DNA of 63,912 bases, filler included, from Dimorphilus gyrociliatus (taxonomy: Eukaryota; Animalia; Annelida): assembly GCA_904063045.1 (NCBI GenBank). It is 7 parts of 7 records of this genome, joined end to end, with 100 filler letters (N's around TTAATTAATTAA, not from the genome) between each part and the next. Parts side by side here need not be neighbours in the genome. Positions count along the whole stretch, not along the records: positions 1 to 13,574 come from CAJFCJ010000242.1; 6 more parts are not named here. One strand, given 5' to 3'. Shown here one piece after another: positions 1 to 12,073 of the stretch (position 1 is the stretch's first letter; each line of letters opens with the position of its first letter). The position numbers were made by a program, and so were the translations under genes. The notes under the pieces were generated by a model. The model was not told the origin of the DNA. It did no database searches and saw only the letters and a list, made by a program, of their open reading frames with translations.

Positions 1-123
1 ATGAAAAATTATCTGAACATCAAGCAAAAATCTATAAAACTAAACCTGTTGAAATAGACTTCTATAGAGAACAACTTTAGAAACTCAATTAATGTATGTT
101 CTTAACTTTATCAAAATTCAAAT

Positions 124-3100
124 CTAAAAATTATCATCCGATAATTCCTCTTGAGTGGCCTGTCTATAATGTTTATCTTTTCTATATCCTACACCATGTC
201 TATAAAGAACCTCTGTTTTGAAAGGTGCATTTTCAACCATCATGCAGTCAGGGGAATCATTTTCTATTTTAAAATTATAACCTAGCTTAGGACAACATGA
301 AAATATTGTCCTATAAATTTTGTTAAGGAGCACCTTTCCAAAGTTGTTGCAATTCAATAGAAGCTCTTGAAGATGACAGTTACAAGCAATTGCATAAGCA
401 ATAACAGGTCCAATATCATCATTAAATGAGCAATTGGATAAATATAACTCCTTTAGCTGAAAGCAATATTTATGTATATTTTTAAATATTTCATATCCCA
501 CATTAGATCCAAATTTGTTATTGTGCAAAAGTAATATTTCCAACTTTGGATTACATCCAATTGCCTCACCAACTACGGAACCAATGTCTTCATTAAAAGC
601 ACAATCATTTAGAAGTAATTCTGTTAAATTGTGGCAGTTATTTTTTATATTTGAAAATATATCTTTTCCAATTTTTGATCCCAAGTTGTTTTTATGCAGA
701 GAAATTATATCAATATGTGGATTCTTACCAATTGCCTTACCAACTATTAACCCAATATCTTTGTTGAATGAACATTCCGATAAATAAAGTAATCTTAAAT
801 TGGTACAAAATTTTTCTATGTTCATAAATATTCCTTTTCCAACTTCTGATCCTAACTTGTTATAGTTCAAAGAAAGCTGTCTAAGTTGTGGATTAGAACC
901 AATTGCTTCACCAACTACAGAACCAATACATTCATCAAATAAGCATTCTGATAAATTTAGCACTTTCAGCTTAGTACAATGATCTCTGATATTTTGAAAT
1001 ATTACTTTTCCTACATTTGACCCAATTCTATTTCTTTGTAAATTGATCTCTTCAAGATTTGGATTACAGCCAATTGCTTCACCAACAATAGGATGAATCT
1101 CTTCATCAAAAGCACAGTCAGATAAATAAAGTACTTTTAACTTTGAACAATGATCTTTTATATTTTGGAAAATTGCTTTGCCTATTCTTGATCCAAGCCT
1201 ATTGTTTTGCAAATTGAGCTCTTCAAGGTGTGGATTACAGCCAATTGCTTCACCAACAATATGACCAATTTGTTCATCAAATGAACAGCCAGTTAAATAA
1301 AGTATTTTTTTATATACAATGATCTTTTATATTTTGAAATATTACTTTCATATTATCTTTTTGTGTTTTTGGAATAAATTGTAATAAAATTTCCTCAAGT
1401 TGTGGATTACAGCCAATCACCTGACCAAATAGAGAACCAACCTCTTCATCTAAAATACACACTTCAACACATAATACCTTTAAGTTTCCACAATTTGTTT
1501 TTATACATTTAAATAATTTTCCAGCAGAGCCTGCCATAAAAGTACTATCGAAAAGCAGAACTTGTTCAAGCTTTTCCAAATATTTATAATCTTTTCCAAT
1601 TGTAGAATTAGTTTCTATGGAGATGAAAAACTTTCTTAACAGTAATTGTCTCAAATCAGGACTGTTAATTATTACATTTTCAAGTATATTTGAATGTAGT
1701 TCTCTTTGTAAAATAAAATGTCCAAATTGATAAATATTAGTATTTTCTTCACTCTGTCGATTTGGTATTAAAGGAGAACTTGAAAGAATAGCATTTTGTA
1801 ATGTTTTACTTTGGAATAGTATTCCAAGTGAATGTTCAATAGAAGCAATAATTTTTACAATCTTGTGTATTGAATGAAAATTTTTCCTTTCATTATAATT
1901 CACATTGTATATATTTAAATTGAGAGTAATCTCTTTTAAGTTGATATTTTCAGATAAACATTTTAATAGCTCATCTAATTTTTCCAAATTTTTAATGGTT
2001 AGACACTTTTCAGGATGTAATGTTATATTCACTTTTTGAATATTTTGCTGAGATTTTAATAATTGAATAGCATTTTTAAAGACATCCTCATTAAAAAAAT
2101 TTTCATCTATTTTACAATTCTTAATTGATATATTTAGTTGTCTTAAAATTTCTAGTTTACTATTCATTCCAATTTTCTTACATTTTCCAATAAAGATTGT
2201 ATCCTGATGAAAAAAATCATTTAAATCAGTTAAAATATCTTGCATCAGTGAAAAATTTAAATTTTTTGAATTTAATTGTTCAGTTAAAATTTGATTGTTC
2301 AATGAAATTTTTTTGTCATCTAAATCAATTGAATTAAATATTTGTAAATTTGTTATTTGATTCACTTGTATATTTGTGATAGTTTTCTCTTTTTCATATC
2401 AACAATTGCTTTGAAGAATTTTATTGCAACACAGCCTTGAAAATTATTTTCTGATAAATCAATAACTTCAAGAAAATTAAATAAATTTAAATGCTTTGTA
2501 AAATTAATCAGGAATTTATTGCTTAAGTTGCATTTTTTCAAATATAATTTCCTTAAGTTATTCTTTTGAAATGAATGAAACATTTGACTTCCATTATTTA
2601 ATTGATTATTGGAAAAGTTTACACAGTTAAAATTGTCAAATGAATATTTAGCATTGAAAAGTTTCTCAGTCAAGTTACATTTGCAAAAGTTAACTTCAAT
2701 ATTATTGTTATTTGAAAATTCATTCAAATAGTATAGAATATTTTGTGTAGAAATTTCAATTAGATTATTCTGATTGATTATTAACTTTGACAAATTCTTT
2801 AATTTTGGTAAACATTTGCATAGATAATCAGTAGATTCATCACTCAAATTACAATTTGCCAAATGTAATTCATTTAATTGATTTGAATTATTGATTATTT
2901 TTTGAAAAATCAAAAATATTAATTTGTTGTTTGTCATATCATTATTTGTAAATGATAAACATTTTAAATTTAGATTTACAATTTCATTATTAAAATCTAA
3001 TTCATTATTTGATAATTCTATTTTAGGAAATTTCATATCTTCTAAAGAATCCATTGCTATTAGACATTTTATAAATTGAAACTGTTCAGATTCAATTAGC

Positions 3101-5475
3101 TTATTTCCCATTAGCTCCAAGATTTTTAGAAATGGACAATTGTTAAGTAAATCAACCAATTGCTTTGCAAAAAATGTTAAATTACAATTATTAAGTTTTA
3201 AAATTTCCAAATAATTAAGATTGTTAATAATTATTAATATTAGCTCTTCACCAGAATTATTAATAAAATTTGATTGACATAGACCCAATTCAGTCAATTC
3301 TGTAAAATTTTTCAAATAATTTAACATTGAAAATTGAAAATTTACTTCATAACATTCAGATAGATTGATTATTTCAATTTTCTTTGGTGACATCATACTA
3401 AATAGCATTTCAATGTTTCTCTCTTAAAAATAAAGAAAAATTTCATATTTTTTAATTTTTAAAATTTTAAATTTTAAAAAATATTTACCTAAAATTTCAC
3501 ATGTAGTTAATTTAATTTTTTGTAAACTGGTACATTTAAATTGTTGATTGTCAAACACGTCTAGTTGAAAAATGTTACAATTTTCTAGTGTAAAATACTT
3601 GAGATGATGATTGAATAGAGATTTTTAAATTTTTATCATCTTTAAAAAGAATATCAGAGAATGATAGACATTCAAGTTTGATAAAACTTGCCAAAATAGA
3701 TTGAAAATATTGAATATTAATAGAATTTTGTATTCCTCCCCTTAGTATTAAACTCTCCAAACATTCATTTAAAGTTGTCTTGATTATATTAAAAAATTCA
3801 TCAAATTTTATTTTGACAAATTCAAAATTGATAATTGTAATATTTTTAGATGTATATTCTAATATCAAATTTAAAAGTGATTTGTTCAAAAAGATACTTT
3901 TCATGTAGAACTCGGGTGCATTTGTATGATTGTAATTTTTGAGTAAATCAATAACTTCCTTATCAATATCCAATTTGTCTGTTATCTCAGGATTTCTTTT
4001 TATTATCATTGAGAAAATTTCACTATCCATATCTTGTAGAAATGTGAAAATACTCTGACTAAAAATAATATATTTGGTTGCTTTTAATGCATTATCAATT
4101 TTTAATCTTTGATGTTCATTATCAGTTTCATACTCCTGTAGAATGTAACATGCAGTTAGATAGTGTTGAATTGAAGAATGCATAAATGTTAATGATTCTT
4201 CTCCATTCCTATCAACTTTGTATGGACTAAGAATTCCATTGAAATAGTTATATTTCATAATAAGATTTGTATTTATAATTTGTGAAGAGAAAAAAATGAT
4301 TGTTAAAAGCAATTTTTGAACAATTTTCTAAAAATTCATTTTTATCCAATACATTCCTAGTCATAAGTTTAATAAATTCTTTATAAATATCTGTATAAGT
4401 TACAAAATCCATATCTGAACTTTTATCTTCCCAAATTGAAGCAGTTAATGAAGCAATAAGGGGAATACAGCAAGCTTTAAAGAGGAAATCACCTTTTTCT
4501 TCTAAAAAGTTCAATAAATTTTCAGATTTAACATTTTTTTCAGTAAATTTGTTGCTAATCCGATTTCGCTCTCCAAAAAAATATTTAAAATAAAGTTTTA
4601 AACATTTTTCATTAAATTGAATAATTTCAAATATATAATCATATGTGTCTTTAATTTCTAACCATATTGGTGTCCTTGACCAAACTATAACTGGAAAATT
4701 GGTAAAACCTTTATTAAATATTATATTGTAAAATTTTGTTTTATCTGCTTTTAGTTCATCAGCTCCATCAAATAACAATATAATATTTCTGTGTTTATCA
4801 GCTAAATAATGGTTAAAAAGATCTTTTGATATCCACGATTCGTATCGAATATTTTGACTAAATAATTGTTGTTTAAAATCTAAATTATTATTTATCTCAT
4901 TTAGTTTTGCATATAGAATAGTATAATCTTTTAGAATTGTATTTCCGGTTGCCCATGCATTTAACATTTTAGTGAAATGATGAGTTTTTCCAATTCCAGC
5001 ACAACCGTGTTATTAAAATTCTATTGTTTTCCTTTACAATTTCATTAATAAATTCAATATCATCATGTGTATTACTTTCTGATCCTTTTTGTATTGTAAG
5101 GTGAATTGGTATTGTAAGATCTCTAAAGTTAATTCTCTTTTTATTATTGTTTAAATACGGAAATTCGAGAATTGTTTCCGATTCTTTTTTCACTTGTTCC
5201 TTTATTCCATTTTTAAAATTTTCCCATGTATTTTCAATATTATTGATAAGGCGTTTTTTATTCTCAGAAAGACAATCATGTTTTCTTAATAAATCAAGAA
5301 AATGTTGAGTTTTTAGTACAGAAATATGTTTATCAAATAGTATTTCCAATTTGTCCAATTGCACATTATCCGAAATTACATTTTCCTGTCGAAGGAGTGC
5401 GTGGAAGAGGAGATTATCTTCTAAAAATGCAATTATATCCGTTTTGTGGGTGGTTAACTTTGAATTTACTTCCAT
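124..5475 (-). pseudogene. NLR-like gene (putative death-fold/CARD-like N-terminus, NACHT, LRRs) broken by several 1-2 nt indels; pseudogene or assembly errors
   Basis: Walker A GCAGIGKT (5006-4983) lies one base out of frame with upstream RILIT (extra base at 5007). Walker B IILLFDGADEL, sensor VIVWSRT, CCIPLIASL and winged-helix FMHSSIQHYLTA are spread over ORFs 4248-4967 and 3575-4312. LRR blocks are in 2362-3408, 1310-2365 and 124-1212. A putative 66-nt intron lies at 3488-3423. Confidence 0.8.
300..1440 (-). repeat. 171-bp (57-aa, 28+29) ribonuclease-inhibitor-type LRR repeat array
   Basis: AATTGCTTCACCAAC recurs at 901 and 1072 (171 nt apart). Unit is LKVLYLSDCAFDEEIHPIVGEAIGCNPN + LEEINLQRNRIGSNVGKVIFQNIRDHCTK. 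Confidence 0.85.
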
Positions 5476-6102
5476 AATGATGATAAATTATTAAAGAATG
5501 TTACACCTGTCTCAGAATTATACAACAAGCAAATGATTACAATGCAACCAGGTGCAAAAAGATAATTTTGATATTTCAAAAGATATGGGAAACGCCTACA
5601 AAAAGATAAATTTCAATTATTCAATAACACAAAGACTTTAGATAATTTACAATTGAAACTATGGTTATAACCTAAACCTTTGACCTTTTGAACCCAACCC
5701 TTCAGAGATGCATTTCTAAATTTTATAGATTAATTCAAAAACTCCTTTTAAGTTTTCTTAAACAAGAATTGTTGAATGGCTTATTGAGTAATAGTAATAA
5801 ATATAAAAATGCAATAAAATGTCAGAAATAGGCACAATTGACATTTTTTCCTTTTGTGTCAATTTTCAATTGATTTATTAAAAAAACAAAATCACAGAAA
5901 ATCTTGTAGATACAAAGAAAAATTTGATGAAAAAAAATTTAAGATACTACTTGTAAAAAAAAAAAACAGTAAATGGTTAGTTTAGGCTTACATTTCAAAT
6001 TTTAAGTAAATTATCACAATTAACTGACATTGTTAAAAATTATTAAAAAGTTTTAAGAATGTTTTATTTTGAAAATATAAAATTGTGAAAATGTTAATAT
6101 TT

Positions 6103-7428
6103 TTAATTAAGTATGAAATATTTAGGTTGTTTTGGAATTATTATACTTTTAAAATTGATTAGCCAACATTCAATATTCTTTCTCTTTTGTAATTCAACAA
6201 AATTTGATTCATTATTAACTTTAAGCATAGCAAATTGATTATCTTGAATTGAATCAAGTAAGACAATGAATTGCTTTCCAATATATCCAATTAAACCACT
6301 ATATCTCTCAGATGTTGGTGATAAATTACCAAATGTAACATCCAAGTATTTTCCAATTAAAGTGTTACTATATCTCTTAATTATAATACTCAGTTTATTA
6401 TATCTGTTATTTCTGATATTAATAAAAATATTTTGATCTTTTTTGAACATTTCTAGCAAATTATTGTCATCTTTGTAATGAAACATATTTTTCCATGACA
6501 ATTTATTATTATTTTTCAACTCAATTTCATTGGTATTAACAGTATATATTCCATATTGTTGATAAATTTTTATTGAATGAATATAATAATCATTCAATAG
6601 GATACCAGTTACTTTTGTTTCTGTAAATTTATCTTCTAAAATGTAAATTTCATTTCCAGATTCACCAGTGACATCATAACATATTTTAAGTGGTTTCTTA
6701 GTGTTGGCATCAATGACAGTTTGAACAAAATGCGGATCACCACTTACACCTTTAATAATTAAATATTTAGATATAAATTATAAAAATTCTTTTAAAAAAA
6801 AACTATTCACACACCATTTGCGGAATCAGGCGTTCCGACGGTTACCACTTCCCAATCCAATGGCATTTTTTCAGTTTCTCCATTTCTTGCAAAAATTTTA
6901 CCACTTTCATACATTAAATATTTGTTATCCCAATCAGGTGCAATAGATGAAAAACGTTGTTCATTTGCACCGGCCTCAACTTTGAATACTAGACTATCGA
7001 GATAACAACATACACCTAGAAGAAAAGCAATAATGAATAATATTAAAAGTAATTCTGCCAGAAATCTCATGAAATTTACCTTTATAAATTCCTATAAATC
7101 TGCTGCCAGTAGGAGTGATTGAAAAATCTATACTACCACCAGCACTTCTTTTTTTTCGTTGTCCTGTAGCGAAATTAAATATGATATAGTCACTTGGAGC
7201 AATTACTCCAGTAAGGAAAGTAGCGGATGTTAAATCTTTATCTCTTGGTCCTGAATAGGCTTCCAATAGAATTTTATTTGCAGACAAATCATAAGAGGCT
7301 ACTGGGTCTACATTTTTCAATTCAATCCATCCGTTATCAATGTCCAATTCATTGATTATAATATTATCTGCACTTCTGACCTGGACAAAAATTGTCCAAA
7401 ATACCAGAAAATTAAAGAAAAAGTTCAT
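6103..7428 (-). CDS. Secreted protein: signal peptide, lamin-tail-domain-like Ig fold, GDPHF and ITI heavy-chain C-terminal-like domain (3 exons: ~7428-7080, 7018-6815, 6749-6103)
   Basis: Hydrophobic N-terminus MNFFFNFLVFWTIFVQVRSA, then IIINELDIDNGWIELKN. Splicing two GT-AG introns of ~61-65 nt joins the three ORF-track pieces and gives GVSGDPHFVQTVIDANTKKPLKICYDVTGESG. Confidence 0.65.
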
Positions 7429-8098
7429 TTTTTTGAGCTTTAAAAATTTTTTCCAGATTACACGTTTATATTACAGGTAAGTGGCCTTACTCAAGGTAGG
7501 ACATTTTTTTATAACTTATTGACCTAGGCCCTTTTTTCATGCACATATTCATATACATCATTATTATTTAAATGGGTTAAAGATTTCAAGGCATAAATTT
7601 AAATGTAAATCATAATATATTCACTGTATTTAATAAAAAATAGTTCTTACATATCCTATAATTTGACAGAATAATATGATATTTTACATAGTTAAAGTCA
7701 AGAAAATGAAAATCTGATATATAATAGTTGTACTTTTGTAATATGAGATTCAATCAGATTTCTGTCATCTGATCATTAGGGGTTTACAGTTGAGACGTCC
7801 TACATATCTAGTGTTTTGCTAGCAGTAAGGATTATTGTTTTTTTAGGTAAACCACTTAATTTACACAAACACTAACAGATATTAAGCTATAACAGGTAAA
7901 GTCTAGAAAATTGGCATTACACAATTAAAGCATATCAAAGTAATAATTTCATGCTCTGTATGAATACATGCTTGTATTAAATATCTGTTAACATATGGAA
8001 GTAAATTTATATATATATATATATATGTTTCTATAAATAACTTAATGAATATTTAAAGATGAATATCTTTAAAACTCATAAAAGTTGAAAGAAATCAA

Positions 8099-8927
8099 AA
8101 TTTAGAGTCTTTTTCATAATGCTAGAATTGATGATAATAAAACCTACATTCAGTTTTTCATCAAAGTAATAAAACTTTTGAATGACATATTTTATTTTAT
8201 TGAATGTTTTTTAATTAAACAAACTATGAATAGCCCAAAAAATGTTGGTCATTGTTCTTTTCAGCTTACTAAGAAAGTTCACAAGTGAGGTAAAACATTC
8301 CTGAATCTATGAATAATATTTAATGAAATGTTCTTTGAAAATGTTATTGAATAAAGTATATAAATATTATTTAAATGCCATTTCCAACTTTTTTCAATTC
8401 ATAGAAATATATTTGAACTTAGTCTATCAAGACAGTTTTACAAAATGAAAATCTCTTGCTGGTGTCATCTATGTAAAAACACTCAGATCAAATATAAATT
8501 CTTTTATAAATTGGCCTGGTGATATAATTGTTAGTAATGGAGCTTCAATCAGTAGATGTTGTAACATTCAATATAGAGTAAGTTCCTTGGTAATTTATGC
8601 CGCTGCGACTCCACAACTACTAGGACAATCTTCCCAGTTGACCTACACATTGTGAATGAATAGAATGAAATTAGTTAGGATTTATATACTTAGAGGTTTT
8701 TATTAAATATTATTCAAAAATTAAAAAATGGTTAATTTCATTTGTGAACTTCCTTAGCAAGCTGACTAGGACAATGACCATCATTTTTTGGGCTATTTAT
8801 AGTTTGTTTAATTAAAAAACATTCAATAAAATAAAATATGTCATTCAAAAGTTTTATTACTTTGATGAAAAACTGAATGTAGGTTTTATTATCATCAATT
8901 CTAGCATTATGAAAAAGACTCTAAATT
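8099..8927. mobile_element. Foldback/inverted-repeat element with ~250-270 bp imperfect arms
   Basis: 8099-~8255 (AATTTAGAGTCTTTTTCATAATGCTAGAATTG...GGTCATTGT) is nearly the exact reverse complement of 8771-8927. Weaker matches continue inward to ~8373 and ~8679. Confidence 0.8.
8420..8655 (-). pseudogene. Degenerate PIF1/Helitron helicase fragment inside the foldback
   Basis: Minus strand gives RSTGKIVLVV/(shift)GVAAA and later CFYIDDTS...LID, resembling PIF1 motifs Ia and II; contains stops and shifts. Confidence 0.4.
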
Positions 8928-9291
8928 GATCTGATCTTCTCTTTTTCTTCTCTTTTTGAGCGTTAGCAATAGAAATTCAGATTTATCTAGACAATCAGGT
9001 CAACCATTTACAAACATGTCTCTCATGTATACAATCATGTCTGTTTAACAGCATAGGCAATTTCTTCAGTGTTTCTTGCCACTCTTTCACTTAAGTTTAA
9101 ACTCTTATATCTTATTAATACACTCTTGTATTAATTTTTTCACATAATCTAAAAGCTTCTTTTGTATTAAATGAACAAGGGATTGCTAAAGGCTCAATAT
9201 TTCTGATGAATGATAATATGACATTTTGTGGTAGATACAAACTTCTTTAATGTTGTTATATCTAATTTTTTCAGACTAAATGGATGTAATT

Positions 9292-9380
9292 GTGTGTGAG
9301 TGAGTGAGAGAGAGAGAGACAGAGGATGAGACACACAGAGAGAAAGAGAGTGAGACAGACAGACAGAGAAAGAGAGAAAT
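9292..9380. repeat. (GA)n/(GT)n/(CA)n compound microsatellite
   Basis: tgtgtgtgagtgagtgagagagagagagacagagg...; accounts for spurious ORF 9194-9385. Confidence 0.9.
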
Positions 9381-10722
9381 AACATTTGAGTACTTTTTAA
9401 ATATATCTAGACTATCAAATGTACTATATTGTTTGTTACTTTGTTAATTCCATAGTTGCACCATCTGTTATGATCAAAGAATCTATCCTTTTCAATTAAC
9501 AACTATAAAAACATTGTAGTAATAAATGGAAAGCATATTGACTTGGTAGAACTGAGGCTTACATGTTACACTATTGATCAATTGATAAGTTTAACAAGGC
9601 TGATAATGGGACTACTGTCCAAAAGCAACCAATAACATTTGTTGGCTGAATTGAACACATAATAAAAGGTTTACACACAAATAATCTATTGAACAATAAA
9701 GGTATTCTTTTCTAGTGAATATCATTAAGAATATTCAACTAAGGTATTTGAGTAAATAGTGGATTGTCAACATTTATTAATAATTCATACTTAAATAATT
9801 GAGAAGAAGGAGAAAATTCCATTTGCTGTAAATTTTAAAATAATAACCCTAACCTAAATTCTATTTATTTACAATTAAATTCAATAACAAAAGAATACTC
9901 AGAATTGGGTTCAAGTTTTGAATAAAACTACAAAAGCTTCACAGTGAGCTATCAACAATGTATATTTTCAATAATTGACAAAGTATATATTGATACGTTT
10001 TTCTTTGAATTAACAATTTTTTGTATTATATAAACAAAGATAAGTCAATATTTTAATAAAATTCTTCCAGTTCAATATTTTGTAGAATACATACAATGCT
10101 TACTTTATTGAAAATTTTCTCATAAACTTGACATATCTAGAAGGAATGTTAGCTAAAGTGTTAATACTTTATACTTTTATTATATTATCTAGAAATTTGA
10201 TTGAGGGAAGAAGTAATTTCATTTCTTTAATTTAAATTTCATTTCTTATTTGTTATTACAATCTTTTAACCACTTTTAGACTGCTCTTATTCAAGCATTA
10301 AAGATAGAAAACTCTTAAATAATGGTTTTTTAGCAGTATACTTGTTTGAATTTGGTATGGATGGATGTAAAATTGCGTGCAATAACTTAAATATCTGCAA
10401 GTAATTAGTGAATTTATTGATAAAAAATTGTCATATTCTTTACCTTTTTTTTATTTTTATTAGATCATTCAATCATTTTAAAGTATTAGCAAAATGTCTC
10501 TTAAAATTTATAATAAAAGATGAAGCTATACTAAATTTTCGCAGTTCTGGAAATGTTGATTATTATGAAAAGGTCACACTTTGTAGTCAGTTTTTACATT
10601 TATTAACATTATAGAAATTATCTAATTATTTTCTCAAATTTTAGCCAATGAAACGATATCAGGTATTCAAAAGAAAGTGAGTAGTATTTTAATATCATTT
10701 ATATGAATTACATATCTAACAG

Positions 10723-11019
10723 ATTATACTTATTTGGAAAATGATAACTTCCGGTCAAATTTGACTAAGAATATATATAGATTTCAATCTACAAATGGAG
10801 TACCAGTACAAATGGAGACTTGCAAGACAGTTTGTAATTCTTTTTCAAACTGTGTGTTAGTTTTACAATTAGAAAAAAATTTGTTTTTTAAATGTTAAAT
10901 TTTATTTAGAGGATTTGACTTTTACAAAAATAATTCAGAATGTCAACTAAAAGCCAATATTGATGGTAGTTCTATTACATTTACTCAAGAAAATGGGACA
11001 ATTTTCTATAAGAAAGCTT
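10723..11019 (+). CDS. Two exons encoding a PAN/apple-like domain (gene fragment)
   Basis: Exons 10723-10855 and 10910-11019 splice to ...METCKTVCNSFSNCVGFDFYKNNSECQLKANIDGSSITFTQENGTIFYKKA(C), with the CxxxC...C..F......C pattern and a GTAAGT donor at 11020. Confidence 0.55.
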
Positions 11020-11421
11020 GTAAGTTTCTTTTCTATTTGAAAATTCAAATATTCAACTTTATTACATTCATCTAATCAAATCATCTTTACATGAATCAGT
11101 CAGATAATTTCTATTTAACAGAAATATATTTCATCAAATTTTTAGAGTTTTGCATTACCTGTTTACATTCAGATCTTGCCTGTTCAATTTTTCAAAGATT
11201 TTAATAATATATTTTAAATTCAAAAAAACAATTCTTCTTTTCTATATATAAGTGAACATAGCAACATGAAAATATTCCCTTACAAAAAATAAACAGTGAA
11301 GGGGGGAGATCAAATCAACAATGTATATGTTGCATAAAATAATAGAGTTCAAGCATGTAAAATATAACCAAAGTTGTACAACTTCCCCCTTCTTTGTGAA
11401 GATGAGTCCCTTCATCTTGAT

Positions 11422-12013
11422 TTATATTTTACATGCTTGTACATCTTAAAACCTACGCAAGAAAATGCTATAACATTGGCCAAACATAAGTCTGATTAGT
11501 CAGCTTGAAGGATCATCTTTAATTACCAATAAAGGTTTGGCCAAGTTATAATTTAATTAACTTGCCTAGCATGTGGCCAAGTTATAATTCAATTAACCTT
11601 CCTAAATGTTCAACCTTGTAACATCCTCTTACTAAACATAAATATGAACTACACATTTCGGCAACTGTAAAGTGATGATTGGATGTCAGAGACAAACCTC
11701 AAAGTATATAAATCCTCATTATTCTCATTTGGCATGCAGCTTCCATCTGGACCCAAGGACCTGGGAAAATCATCTGGAAACAACCTCCACTGGAACCATC
11801 CATCTACTCCTCAACATTGGAAGACAGTTTGGTAATTTGGCAACCTGCTATTACAAACTATCTACTCTGCTATTGAACTCTCATATTGTTACTTGCTTAA
11901 GTATTATTATTGTGAATAAACCATTTTAATTTAAACATTTGTTTAAAGGTTCGAGTAGAACCAGTATTATTATAACTTGCAAACGCATAGATTTTGCCAG
12001 CAAGAGCAGTACA
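11422..12013 (+). mobile_element. 5' LTR of Ty3/Gypsy copy A (first ~13 nt missing, ~30-nt internal deletion)
   Basis: Near-identical to 48706-49334; ends ...GCAGTACA at 12013. Confidence 0.9.
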
Positions 12014-12017
12014 AATT

Positions 12018-12035
12018 TGGAGCAGTCGACAGGAT
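12018..12035 (+). promoter_or_regulatory. Primer-binding site (tRNA-Ser-like), mutated at position 4
   Basis: TGGAGCAGTCGACAGGAT, versus TGGCGCAGTCGACAGGAT in copy E. Confidence 0.75.
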
Positions 12036-12073
12036 ATTCTTTTGGTTTATTCAAAAGTTTTGAGAAAGTAAAT

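Noticed and set aside
9194-9385. 63-aa ORF
   Set aside because: It is a translation of the GA/CA microsatellite.
11321-12013. DIRS-like element with inverted terminal repeats
   Set aside because: The family has a DDE integrase, TG..CA LTRs and a tRNA PBS; no tyrosine recombinase is present, and the inversion is in only one copy.
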